From: Mobula birostris
Taxonomy: Eukaryota
Direction: 5' to 3'
Length of the DNA: 64,000 bases
Assembly (NCBI RefSeq): GCF_030028105.1
Contig: NC_092383.1
Coordinates: 87,067,921 to 87,131,920, forward strand
A program made the position numbers and the translations under genes. Position 1 is the stretch's first letter; each line of letters begins with the position of its first letter. This document shows, in pieces, positions 12,751 through 25,400 of this stretch. The notes under the pieces are model-generated. The model was not told where the DNA came from. It did no database searches and was given only the letters and a program-made list of their open reading frames with translations.

Positions 12751-14070
12751 TTGTCATGGTCCGGATCGGGGTCCCTTTAAATTTAACTTGTTTATGTTAC
12801 AATCCGGACCGTTGATTCCCTGTTTTCCCGTGTCCCTCGACTCTGGTGATTAGAGGCAATTAACACTTGGCTGAACCGGTAGTTTATAGTCTCCAGCTCG
12901 GTGTGGGAGCATCTGCAAAGTCACGGCGTGCCAATGTCATCTGGCCGGAGCAAGCCTAGTCTCTGCCAAAGCGAGTGCCGGTAATTCGCCCTTCCTCACC
13001 GGAGCAACCCTGTCCAGTTACCTCACCAAAGTGAGCCTGCAAAGTTTCCTCATCAAGGTGGGTCTGTCAGTTAACCCGCCGGAGGGAATCAAGAACCGCT
13101 GTCATCTGTTCCTGGGCCGAGTCGAGAGCTCGCCACTACCCGGAGGCTCCATGTCAAGTCCTGGCTCTGGGCAGTGTTCAAGTACCATGTCAAGTCCTGG
13201 CCCTGGCAGTCTGTAATTCCTGGCCTACCCCCTTGTCTGAATCCCTTCTCTGCCCCTCTCGCCTCTAGCCCTCGTCTGCAGCCCCTGCCTGCACTTCGGT
13301 CTAGTTCCATTGCCAGAGCTAGATAGGTACTGTCTGGTGTTCATTCGTGTTGGTCTTGTCTTGTCTTGTCCTCACCTCCATGGGGTAAGTCAGGCCATCT
13401 TGCCGTTGCCCCACGGGGGGTCATGTCTTGTCTTGTCTGGTCCTTGCCTCTGTGGGGTAAGTCTGGCTGTCTTGCTGTTGCCCCACGGGGAGTCATGTCT
13501 TGTCTTGTCCTGTCCTCGCCTCCGTGGGGTAAATCAGGCCGTCTTGCCGTTGCCCCGCGGAGGGTCATGAGTCTCGGCCCTATGTCCTGAACCCAAGGAG
13601 GGGTCCCGGCTCTCTGTTCTGTGTGCGAGTCCTGGCCCTATGTCCTGTACCCAAGGAGGGGTCCCGACTCTGTTTTCTGTGTATGTGTCCATGGTTCCAT
13701 GTACCTGCTCCCCTAGACCGAGGCTCTGTGTTTCCATGTTCCTCCTCTCCTTAGCCCATGTCATGTCCATGCCTGGTTCTGGGGTCCGTGCCCGAGGCAA
13801 GACCCAGATACTGGGTCCTTGCCCAGTCTTGGGCTCGGAGTCCATACCCTAGCCTCTTCATGTCTCCTCTAGTTCTGGGAGCTGATTCCGAGACCTAGCC
13901 TAGACCCTTGGCCCCAGCCTAGTCATAGTCCTCAGTCCTTGTCCAGCTCGCTACTCCTGCTCCTGCCTAGCTCTCCTGATATCAAACAATAAACTAAATT
14001 TAATTAACCTCACAAGATGTGTCTTGCATTTCGGTCCACCCTTGCTCCCAAAGCCCCCGCCTTTGTGACA
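12751..14070 (+). mobile_element. Solo LTR with 5-bp TSD GCCTT and internal tandem repeats
   Basis: gcctt|TGTCATGG...TTGTGACA|gcctt; AATAAA near the 3' end; about 70-bp x3 and 58-bp x2 repeats at 13355-13690. Confidence 0.8.
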
Positions 14071-15599
14071 GCCTTGTGAACCAGTAAATTAGCAAATAGA
14101 ATTATCATATGTACTGAAGTGCAGTAAAAAGAAAACAGTCTTGCATGCCAGCCATACACATCAATTCATTAAAACACTGCATTGAGGTAATACAAGGGAA
14201 AACAATAACAAATGTAAAATAAAGTGTTACAGTTTCAGAGAAGGTACAGAACAGGGAGACAGTAAGATGAAATTTATGAAATAAATTGTGAAGTCAATTG
14301 CCCATCTTTTTGTAATAGATGATTATTCAATAGTATTATAACAAGAGGATAGAAGCCATCCCTGAGAGGGCATTGTGTGTTTTCAGTCTCTTAGATCTTC
14401 TGCCTGATGGGAGTGGGGAGAAGAGAGAATGTCTAGGGTGTGTGGGGTCTTTGATTCTGCTGGCTGCTTTTTTGAGGCAACAAAAAGCACAGACAGAGTC
14501 CGTGGAGGGTTAGTCATTCTTCATGATGTACTGAGGTATGTTCACAATTCTCAGCATTATCTGTGGTCAAGGGCAGAGCACTTGCAATAACAACCATGAT
14601 GCATTGATAAGAATTGGGGATGGTTAAAGCTGACATGCCAAATTTCTTTGCTTCCTGAGGAAGTAGGTGCATGGGTCATATTATTTGGCAGTGGCATCAA
14701 TGTGGTTGGACAAGGACAGACTGTTGGTGATATTCACACCTAGGTGTCAGGACTGTTCCCTCAGACCACTCTCAGCATGCGCATGTAGACACTTTCCAGT
14801 CTCCAGCCAGCTAATAGTTTCATCTGCTGCTCACTCCAGAATAATGACCTGCAGCCAGTTGCATCCACAGTCCTTGTTCATTCATCGATCCAGCTGGTCT
14901 TAACCAATTGTTCCTGGCCTTCACTCCCCCAGCATAAAGTTTTCTTTGTTTCCTGTTGTGTTTATTTTCTGTTCTCTTTTGTTTTTGCCCCCTAATCAAT
15001 TGTTATTTTGCGGTCCATTAATGAACTTATTGTTCACTGTAAATCATTCCCTCTGCTCTGCTTTTGTGTCAAACTTCCTCTGTCTTTCTTGCAGCTCACA
15101 ACTCACTCAATCTCAGGACTACTGATGTAAACAAGCACAAGTGCACCAGCCCCTGTCAATAACCAGCTCCTCTTTCCTAATTCTGAGGGAAAGTTTATTG
15201 TCACAATGTCACTAGGCTCTCTTATGTGCTTCCACTACTCCACCTCATTGTTTATTGAGTTAGTACCCACTAGGAAAAGGTATGGTTGGAGTTAGATTTG
15301 AATCTGCCACCACAGTCATAAGTGTGTTGGGAGTAGAATAAGGGGCTGAGGACATAACCTTTCGGGGAACCAGTCTTGAGAATAATCTTGGTGGCGGTGT
15401 TGCTGCCTGTCATTACAGATTGTGGTTTGTTGGCCATTAAGTGAAGGATCCAATTGCAAATGGAGGTGCTGTCCCCCATATCTAGAAGTTTGGAGATGGG
15501 TGTACTTGAAATTATTGTGTTGAAGATGGACATCACGTAATTGGTCGATTTCCCGGTCTCGTCCATCTAGCGATTAACCTTTGACCTACTAATTCTGTG

Positions 15600-17520
15600 C
15601 GTGTGAACATGTTCATTGTTTCCAGGTGATGACAAGTCAGGCAGATCAATTCGGCTGCACCGGACACGCTAAGCGTTCTATAGTTGTAACAGTGGCGGCA
15701 AGGATTAAATATGTGACACTCACTGTTTTAGAATACATGTTCGCATTTGAACAAGGGGTTTAATTGGAAAAGTTGAGGAATACTGTGATTTGCAATACCT
15801 CTGAATTGTTGACGTGGAACTTTTGGACCTTCAAAATCTGAAGAAGAACTTGTGCGATCAAGTGGGTCTCATTACAATCCTGAATCATCAGTTGTTGTGG
15901 ATCGCTTTAGATTCAACAATCGTATTCAGTTAGAAAATGAATCAGTAACAAAGTTTGTTGCTGAATTAAGAAAAAGACTGAATTTTCTGATTTTTGGAGC
16001 TGTTCCAGAAGATATGATACGGAATTGCATGGTCATCGGCGTGCATGGTGTTCGCATTCCATGTCGCCTAATGGCAGAATCAGAGCTCGAACTTAAGTCA
16101 CCTTTTGACCTGGCAAATGGTATGCAGGCAGCAATTAATAATGCAGTTTTTGTTGCAACGGTGCAAAGTACATCACCTACAAATGCCTCAGATTATACTA
16201 ACATTAACAAAGTGTTCTAGCTCAGGAAAAAAAGGGAATCATATTCCAGGTTTTCGATGTTACCGTTACGGTGAATATCACCTGAAGCCTACAGACTGTC
16301 GACACTGAGATTCCATTTGCTATATCTGCCAAAAGAACGGACAAAAGTTTGCCGATCTCCGCCTCCATCTAAACCAGAACCTTCCACAGCTGCACAGTAC
16401 GCGATTACAGAGCCGGAAACTTCCGTAATGTACTCAGATGTTCTAGGGCCAGTTCTCCCTTCAGGGATAGTTTTAATGTCAGACCCATTCCCTTGGAGCT
16501 CGGCACTGACTGTGATATTACTATATGCAGTGAGAAGATATAGGTAGACATGTTTGGCTCTGACTCTGAAGACTTACGCCACCGCATTACACTGAAGACT
16601 TACACTGGGGAGCAGTTACAGCAGCTTGGTTGTGGCAGGGTTCTTCTTGAGTGTGAAAATCAATGGCACCAACTACTAGTGCATATCACTAAGCGAGAAG
16701 GAGTGAATTTACTCGTGTGCGATTGGCTAGAACAAGTGCCTGTCCCAGGTCTGTATCAGATGAAAACCAGCAAGTTGGTTAAGCGGAAAAAAATATTTTT
16801 CAGCAATCCTGATTAAGATAAGCTCAAGGGTACCAAAGTTCGTGTTCCAGATCAGGTACAGCCAAACCAACGTTCTTCAACATACGTTCCCTGCCATCCA
16901 TGCTTCGCCCCATAGCCGAGGCGAAGCAGACGCGATTGCAAGTAAACGGGACGATTGATCTTGTGAGATTTTCACAATAGCAACCGCTGATGCGCGAATA
17001 TGTCGAGATTACAAGGTCACCGACTGAGACGTACCCGATTCCAAAAATAGAAGACACCTGTGCAAAACCAGGAGGCGGAAATATCTTCACTAAACTTGAC
17101 CTCGTACTTGCATATCAACAGCTCGAGCTGGAAGAAAAGTCTCAGAGCCTCACTCCTGTTGCAAGGCACGAAGGCTTCTGTTCGGAATAAACTCATCTTC
17201 AGCAATATCGCAGCGTACTCGTACATTAAAGACCTGCTCACTGCAATAGCTTACGTGGATGACATTCACATTACCGGGACGGCCCATGAATAATCTTGAT
17301 AAACCTTCTCCAGACTGGTACAACTTGGTCTACGATGAAATGGTGCGCAAGAAATGCACCATTCTGGCAGATCACGTAGAATACCTGGGTTTTCGCTAAA
17401 GCTTATCCCCTTTCTTAAAGCTCCAGCACTAAATAATATCCATGAACTCTGCACCCTTTGGGATATATTCATTCACGCCAGAGCTTCACCTCGCACAGCC
17501 GTGCTGCCGGCTCCGCTATT
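15600..17520 (+). mobile_element. Degenerate Ty3/Gypsy internal region (gag, protease, RT)
   Basis: RFRFNNRIQLENESVTKFVAELR (gag), LKTYTGEQL (protease region), YPIPKIED...FTKLDL..AYQQLEL and AYVDDIHITG (RT); many frameshifts. Confidence 0.85.
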
Positions 17521-18372
17521 TTGCTTTTCAAAGAGGGAAACAAGTACTAACTCAAAATGGGTGAGAAAAGTTGTGGGGGGGGGATGTCACTCAACCTTAC
17601 TCACCGCAAAACTGAACTGTTCCTGCAACGTATGGACTCAATTTCAAGGTCTCTTCATCTCATGTTCTTGATATTTATTGCTGATTTATTGTTATTATTG
17701 TTTATTTTGCATTCACGCATTTTGTTGTCTTTTGTGCATGGGTTAGTTCGTCCATCTTGTGTGCGGTTTTTCATTGAGTCTGTGGTGTTTCTTTGTATTT
17801 ACTCTGAATGTGTGTCAAGGAGAGATTGGTTTTAAAGAGGAAGAAGGGATTTATTGCAGTTAGTATGTGGACTAAATTTTTTTGTGTCACCTCCTGGATA
17901 TGCGGTGTTCCTTGGATTGTTTACCTATTATGTCTGATTGTTTGCCTTTGGACTATATGGGTTTTGCACTTTGTTTTTTTGGTGTCTCATTTGGGATCAT
18001 GGGGATTTTTAAGCTCTCTTTGTATTTATCACTTTTATTTGATTTGGGATAATTAGCATGGTATTTGCAATGTTTTGCATTGGAGTTATTGTCTTTGTGG
18101 ATTATTGTTTCGTGTGGACACCTATGTTACCTGATTGACACTGGATTCCTGTATGTTCCAGAGTGTATTTTAAAGGATCATGCTTAGTCTCTTTGCTTAG
18201 TCATTGTAGATCCTTATCTGATGAAACCCAGAGTTCTCTGTATAATGTGAGTGATTTCATTTCTTCAACATTCTGTACAGAGTGCCTGAGTTCTTGGTAA
18301 TTTTCCAGGTTCATTTCTGGAACCCCACCCCTGAGAACAAAACTGGACCATGAGAGCAAGCCCCACTCCTGA

Positions 18373-19646
18373 TGTCATGGTCCAGTCTGTGATCTCCGCA
18401 TTCCAGTTCATGGCCCGGTCTGTTCATTCCTTATTCCAGGTTTTCTTGTTTTCCCTTGTTCCATTGGACACCTTAATTGAGGCACCTGATTCTCATTTTG
18501 GGCTGGCACATAAATACCTCTCAAACCAAGGATTCCCTGCCGAACTGTTCCCTCCCCCTTCTGCCTGAAGCCCCATCAAGTTCAACTGCCGGAGTGAGAC
18601 CGGACCCTTGCCACGCCAAGTTCAGGAACTATCTATCATTGAGATTGGAACTATCTCTTTGTGTCCCTGTGTTCAGTGTCCATGTCAAAGAAGAGTCCCG
18701 GCCCTAGGTCCTGTTCCCAAAGAGAGGTCTTGACTCTGTGTAAAGCCCTGGCCCTAAGCTCTGTTCCCAAAGAGGGGTTCCGGCTCTGTGTTCTGTATTC
18801 CTGTGATCCAAGTTCCACGTGCCATGTTCCAGTCCTGTCCAAGACGAGACTTCATGTTCTCGTCCAGTCCAGGAATCCCTCAGCAGTTTACCTCGGCAAG
18901 TGTCCTTAGTAGTCATCTCGGCCCTGCGCTGCAAGGAGGAGCCCCAGCTCCATACCTAGGAGCCTAACCAAGCCAAGTCCAAGGTCTGAGCCAAACCTAG
19001 TCCTAGAGCCACGTCCTGCCCTGGTGTACCTCGTCCAGTTCATGTCCAAGGCTCTGAGTGTCCAATCCACATCCAAGGCTCTGAGCATCCAGTCCACGTC
19101 CAAGGCTCTGAGTTCTTGTGTTCCAAGACCAAGTCCCGGCATTGTGTTCCAGCTCTGTCCAAATCTCAGCTTCATATCCTCATCTAGTTCCAGTTCCTCA
19201 CCCAGCCCAGGAGTTCCTCGCCCAGCCCGGTGCTGGGGATTTCTCATCCTGTGCTGTGGTACCTCATCCTGTCCTGAGCCACGTCCTGTCCTTGCCAAGA
19301 TCCTAGTTCTGAGTCCTAACCTAGACCAGGGTTCCGGTTCCGAGTCAAGACCCAGGTTCCGAACCCCAGCCAAGACTCAGGTTCCGGGTCCTTGTCCAGG
19401 CTCTGGTTACGGAGTTCCGTGTTCCTAGTCCAGGCTCCTCATTCCTCATTCCCATCTGGGTCCCGTGTTTCTAGTCCAAGTCCTAGCCCAGGCCCTGAAT
19501 CCTAGTCTCGTCCAGGGCCTGTGTCAATGTCCAGCGTTGTTTCTTCCTTACTCACCTTGTTACCTCGATAAACCTCGTCCTGTTCGTAGTACTTCAGTGT
19601 CTGTGTCTTGCTTTTGGGTCCGCTCCCAGCGCCCTCCCTTATGACA
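18373..19646 (+). mobile_element. Solo LTR related to 12751-14070
   Basis: cctga|TGTCATGG...TATGACA|catga (TSD 4/5 match); same low-complexity internal repeats. Confidence 0.75.
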
Positions 19647-19849
19647 CATGAGGAGTTGCCCCATCGATGGCCTCCAGTTTTCACCCATCACAAGCCCAGC
19701 CTGTGATCTGTCCCCTGTCCACAGGCTATCACAGGGGTGGATGTGTGGCTGCGCAGCATACACGTGGCAGAGCCAGCTTCAGGAATGGTCACCTTCAGCA
19801 AGATATCTGATGGGGATGACAGTCTTTGTCCTGCCACCCTACTGATGGT

Positions 19850-20045
19850 ATCTTTAGCGTGTAGCACTTAGTGTAATTCCCACCACTGCCTGTAAGAACT
19901 TTGTACATTCTCCCCATGACTGTGTGAGTGTCCTCTGGGTGCTCCTGTTTCCTCCCACATTCCAAAGACACGGGTCAGCAGGTTAATTAGGTGGTGGATT
20001 CTTGTTGGGCCTGATGAGCTTGTCACTGTGCTATATCTCTAAATT
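19850..20045 (+). mobile_element. HE1-like elasmobranch SINE (representative; others at about 800, 2703, 23630, 24420, 26430, 59070 and 59810)
   Basis: Shared core ttctccccgtgactgcgtgggtttcctccgggtgctccggtttcctcccaca-like. Confidence 0.65.
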
Positions 20046-22219
20046 AAATTTAAAAATAAAAAATATACAGGTTTCAATGGACAATGTCCCCTGAGACACT
20101 GGTGCTTTGACTCTCATATCAACTGAGCATTTTTCTCTACAGATACTGCCTGACCCACTGATTTACTGCAGCAGTTTCTGTGTTGTTCTGGTTGTGGGCA
20201 GGGTCGGGGAAAAGGAGGAATTCTCAGAGTGGGCAAGTGGGATGTCCCGCTGGGCGAGCAGATTCAATAGAGTGCGAAGGACTTTGAAGAAAACTGTTGC
20301 AACTAAGCACAGTGCTAACTACTTAATTGGTGGCTCTCATGTACATCCCTTGTGATTCTGGGAATAAAGGAAGATGTTTCCTGTGATTCTCAACATGTCG
20401 TCATTTCTGGCTCAGCCCACAATTCACCAGAATCCCCTTATATGAGTGTTATCATTCAGTCCTGCTAACATTTCAACACTCTTCACAAATTTTTATCACT
20501 TGATCAAATTAATGTACTGTTTTTGTTGCGGACACTTCACGAACCTCAATCGTTTGGATATCAGATATCATCAGCTGGCTCACTGTGATTTCTAATGAGT
20601 CTTCTCCTGCATAATTCCTCATTTATATTCTAAGGAAAAGTTTCATTTCAGACCACTATTTAGATAATGAGTAGTAAGAGCTGATTGACTGATGAACAAA
20701 GTTCCAGACTGTTGTGTTTATTCTGGGTGGCCCTGAGCTATACAAAAAACATATTCAAGACATTTACAGAGTTATCAGCAATGCCAAGAGACAATACCAG
20801 CCCAAAACTGAATCCTAAATGAGTGTCAGATGTGGAATGGCTTAAATGCTATAATAGGCTACAAATAAAGCAGTATGTTTGGCCACACTACATCCCTTCC
20901 CAATGAAGTTTATGCATTTTGAGCATGTTTTGAACAGAAAGGGTTTGGAATGGCATCACTTGCCCTGACAGCCTCCAGTGCTCCTGATCCCACAGTCAAT
21001 GTTGCAGACATCAATTCAGTCTGGAGACTCAGCCCACTGTTACGCCACTGGCGTCTGGGGCAGCAACGAGGGTCCTCCATCTCTGGTGGTGTTTAGTGCC
21101 TCCTTCATCATGTCAGTAGCTGCATCTCAGTTTTCACAACTGTTAGTCATGCAAATCCTGGGTTGAGACTCAGGAATACCATCACACTCAGATGTAGAGT
21201 GATTCTTCACTGCTGTTTCCACAACAGAGTTGTTTTACCTGTCACAGTTCTTAGCCCTGAACTGAACCCCAAAGCTGGCAGCATAACTAATCAGCCAATC
21301 ATGTGGCAGGAATTCAATGCATAAAAACATACGATTAAGAGGTTCAGTGTTGTTTTGACGAATTGAAAAGAAATGTGACATCAGCAATAAACAAAAAAAA
21401 TCCAGTGAGCATCAGTTCTGTGTGTGCAAATGCTTGTTAATGAGAGAAGTCAAAGGTGTTGCAAACTATGACTTTTTTTTAAACAATACATTTTATAAGA
21501 TTTGTGCTTTTTAACAGACTCATTTTTCACAGTATGTGCTGGTTTGTCCCCACTCACTGGCAGAAAGCAGTATTGCAGTTAAACTAATCATTTATCACCT
21601 TCCCCATTTTTCATTGGATAAGTATTAGCCCATTAACCATGTGATGTAATTATTTTGATTATGTAGCCCATTAAATACTTTATTTCTTTTGAAGGAACTT
21701 CCCTAATCTTAACTTTAAAAGTAATATATTTTCAGATGTGCCATCTTTTTGTCTTCGCATTCGCTGCTGTTCATTTACTTCTTAGCTCTTTATTTAGCGT
21801 GCTTAGTGTTTGTATGTTTGTTTGTACTTTAAAATAAATCATCATTAGAATTAAGACTGTTCAACTTTCCTGATTCCTGGAAGAACCCGAAGGATCGTAA
21901 ATAAATTGAGGTTCAATTGAGGACAATGGCCGGACTGGTTCAAGCTGACAGAAAGGTGATAGTGACTCAAATAAACATACATTACAACAGTGGTGTGCAG
22001 AGGAATACCTTTCAATGCACAACATGCCAACACGCATTGTTTTATGCATCAAGTTGCTGCCAGAAGAATGGCTGATTAGTTATTTGCATGAACAAACAGG
22101 TGTACAACTGCACATAATAAAGTGGCCTCTGAGTGTAACTTTTCTGCCTTAAATTAATCCACATAATGACTTTTTCAAGCTTATTCTGAGTCCTGTGGAG
22201 TACCAGGAGAGAAAGCTTT

Positions 22220-22435
22220 CTATTTGGGCCTTGTGGGTTGGCTTTGAAATTTGACACCTGCATAGGTGGTGTTGTCCTCATCCATAACAGAGTGTCCTGC
22301 TCTTGACTTCCTTTTAAATTTCATGTTCGTATACTCAGTTTCATTTTCATTATTAGCCAACTGGGCAGCTGCCTCATTGTTTCGAACATGGTGTAGATCT
22401 GCATAAACGATGTTTTCTTCCAACGTGGCCATTTC
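22220..22435 (-). CDS. Gene 2 last exon: tyrosine-motif tail (IVYADL, TEYTNM, TTYAGV)
   Basis: Acceptor atcatttcag|GAA; ORF-track protein matches the gene 1 tail. Ends at TAG where gene 1 has TAT, so it is 13 aa shorter. Confidence 0.88.
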   Translation of the reverse strand, partial: EMATLEENIVYADLHHVRNNEAAAQLANNENETEYTNMKFKRKSRAGHSVMDEDNTTYAGVKFQSQPTRPK

Positions 22436-25400
22436 CTGAAATGATAAATAAATTCCATTATCTATTTTATGTCTGATGAATGTAGAAGGTGAGGGTGTGA
22501 AAAGTAAGTGGGAGAAGGCGGGATAATAGGGTGAGAAGGAATATAAATCAGTCATGATTGAAGTGCAGAGCAGTCTTGATGGGCTAAATGGCCTAATTCT
22601 GCTCCTATACCTTATGGTCTATGGTCTTGTCCATGGCTTTTATTTTCATTATTTATCTTATGTTTATAGCTTGACTTCTACTCTCGTCTGTAAGTAGAAA
22701 CATGTTCACTACTCTATAAAACAATTGGAGACTTTTGCAGACATCTACCAGATCACCTTCAGTTTTCTGCTTTTAAATAAACCCTGATCCCTTCATTCAG
22801 CTTGTAGAATATAATTTTTCAGAATGTTTGATAACAGTTGATGACTGAGTGGCAGTGATCCCTAGTGAGGACCCGCTACTAAATGTACAACATCGGCATG
22901 TTGCTTCACAACACCAACACACTAAACTGGTCCAAGGTGTTTCACAGGGATTCAGCAAGAGAAGAGGTGGAGAATGAAGTTGGGAATTATTTGGGCAAAT
23001 TACAATACTTTTATGGATTACAGTCTAAATGGTTTGTTGTAGTAGGTTAATTGATCACATGGGTGTAATTGGGTGGCTCGTGGGTCGGAAGGACCGGTTA
23101 CTCTGTTGTATCTCAAATGAACAAAAGTTAAGAGGACAGAATTGCAGGAGTTCATGGAGTTGTCCAGAGGGTGGGATTTGGGCAGCTGAAGCTACTGCTA
23201 TTAGTGGTGGGATGCCGAGACTGGAGGATGCACAAAAGGAACACACAGTTCTCTGAGGGTACAGTTCTTGGAGGGAAAGTGATGCCAACAAGGGAAAATG
23301 TACACAGCAAAGCAGAATCCTCCAACAATCTCCACCCTGAATTACCTTTGGGAATAAGAAAGGCAAATGATAAAATTGAGAAAACAATTGAAGCTCTTTT
23401 ATAATATTCAACCCAATTCTTCAATAAGGAAAAAGTTAGATCAATTGGGACATTAATTATGAAGGTAAGAATAACAAACAAGCTGAAAACTGTGGAAAAT
23501 ATCACTAACAAAGATTGTTCATAACTGACCCAAGACACAATAGAATATTCCTACTGGTATCAGGACTGAGGGGTAGAGTGAGAAAGTGAGTGGGTGAGGT
23601 CAGCACAGAACAGATATTTACTTATTTAGAGATACAGCATGGAAACAGGCCATTCTGGCCCAACAAGCCCATATCACCCAATTAAACACATGACCAAATT
23701 AATGTACTAACGTCTTTGGAATGTGGGAGAAAATCAGAGCACTCAGAGGAGATCCACAGAGTCACGGAGAGAACATACAAACTACTTACAGACGGTAGCG
23801 GAAGTGAACCCGGGTCACTGGCGCTGTAATAGTGTTACGCTAACCGCTATTCTACCGTGCCATCCCCAATTTATTGTTCTGATTAGACCCGCCCTATTTT
23901 TTCTGATTTCACATCAGAGTTTGAGACTCAGAGTGAATATACAAAGTGTAAGCTGAAAAATCATTGAACCCAAAGACAGATTTACACAATTAGGTGTTCC
24001 ATCTCCAACAGTAGAGAAGGGACCAATGTCACTTTTCACCTTTCAGTAAGGATAATAAAGACTGACGCCACTTTGAAGAATGGTCACGTAAAATATTATG
24101 GATACACTTAAGGAAAAGCTGGATTACCACAAGTGAAAGGAACATATAACTGGAAGTATATGCTGATGGGATTCAATGAGAAGGGTGTTCAGACGTTTGT
24201 GTAAAATATTAATACTGGGCTGGACTAGTGAGGATGAATCTCGTGTAAACTGCCATGTAATCCAATTTTGAAACATTCTGAAGCATTCAGACAATTTATA
24301 CTTCATGTTCATACCTGGGTTTCATTCTTGCCACCTCCGTGAGATGTGTTGTACTTGGATTCTGGAAAATACAACATTACTGATAAAAATTCCATGTCAG
24401 GAACAGACATAAAGATTTATTTATTTGTTTATTTAGTGATACAGCACAGAGCAGGCAATTTCAGCCTTCCCCAGCAACCCCCGACAAACCAGATTAACCG
24501 TAACCTAATCATGTGACAATTTCCATTGACCAATTCACCTACCTGGTACGTCTTTGGACTGTGGGAGGAAACTGGAGGACCCGGAGTGTATCCATGCATC
24601 CCACAGGGAGAACATACAGAGACTCCTTTCAGAACGGCACTGGAATTGAACTGCAAACTCTGGAACGCCCCGAGCTGTAATAGCTTCGCACTTAACCATT
24701 ACGTTACCATGGCCCCCATACTGAATCTCAGAACCATGGGAACCCCATCTGCAACACAATAATGATTCTCCATACAGAGCAAACCTCTGCTCTGGTTACT
24801 ACACAATGTTCAGAAAGGATCACATTGTTTTGTCCACCACCTTCTCTGCTATTGAAATCGAATGCTTTCCATCTAAGAACATTGTTATAAGAGTTTTGGA
24901 TTTGAAATTTTAATTGTTTTCTATTGCTAAAAATTCTGTCAGATCTACCGAGCACTTTTTTTACAATGTCTCTGCATATTTTTAGAGAATATATCTCCTT
25001 CACAATATGATGGAGCAGATTACCTGACAATATTCACGCTGTCCCATGAACGTCTCATTGATCTCCCCAGGACTCTGTGGCAGATTGTCCCTCAGGAAGA
25101 AGGAACAAACTGCGCAAAATAAAAATCATCTCATTTTCCTACTGGCCACGAAAGCCTCTTTTCAATTCGACACTGTGATCAGCAATTTCATACAGAATAC
25201 AAATGTCCTATCCTCGATGAACGGTTTTGATGGCCTTTGACTATTAGTGGATGTGAGGTCCCTCCTGATTTGGTTTGCTATTTGATTTCCAGCCACTAGA
25301 TATCACTGCTTATTTGTAAATTTACAGCATCGTTCTGTCCTTACAACTGTGTTTCTAAGCAATTGACCTTTGACATCAGGTCGGCCATTTTAAAGTTACT

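Noticed and set aside
13031-19845. Many overlapping 60-155 aa ORFs on both strands in the LTRs
   Set aside because: They arise from low-complexity, stop-poor tandem repeats and show no protein-family signal.
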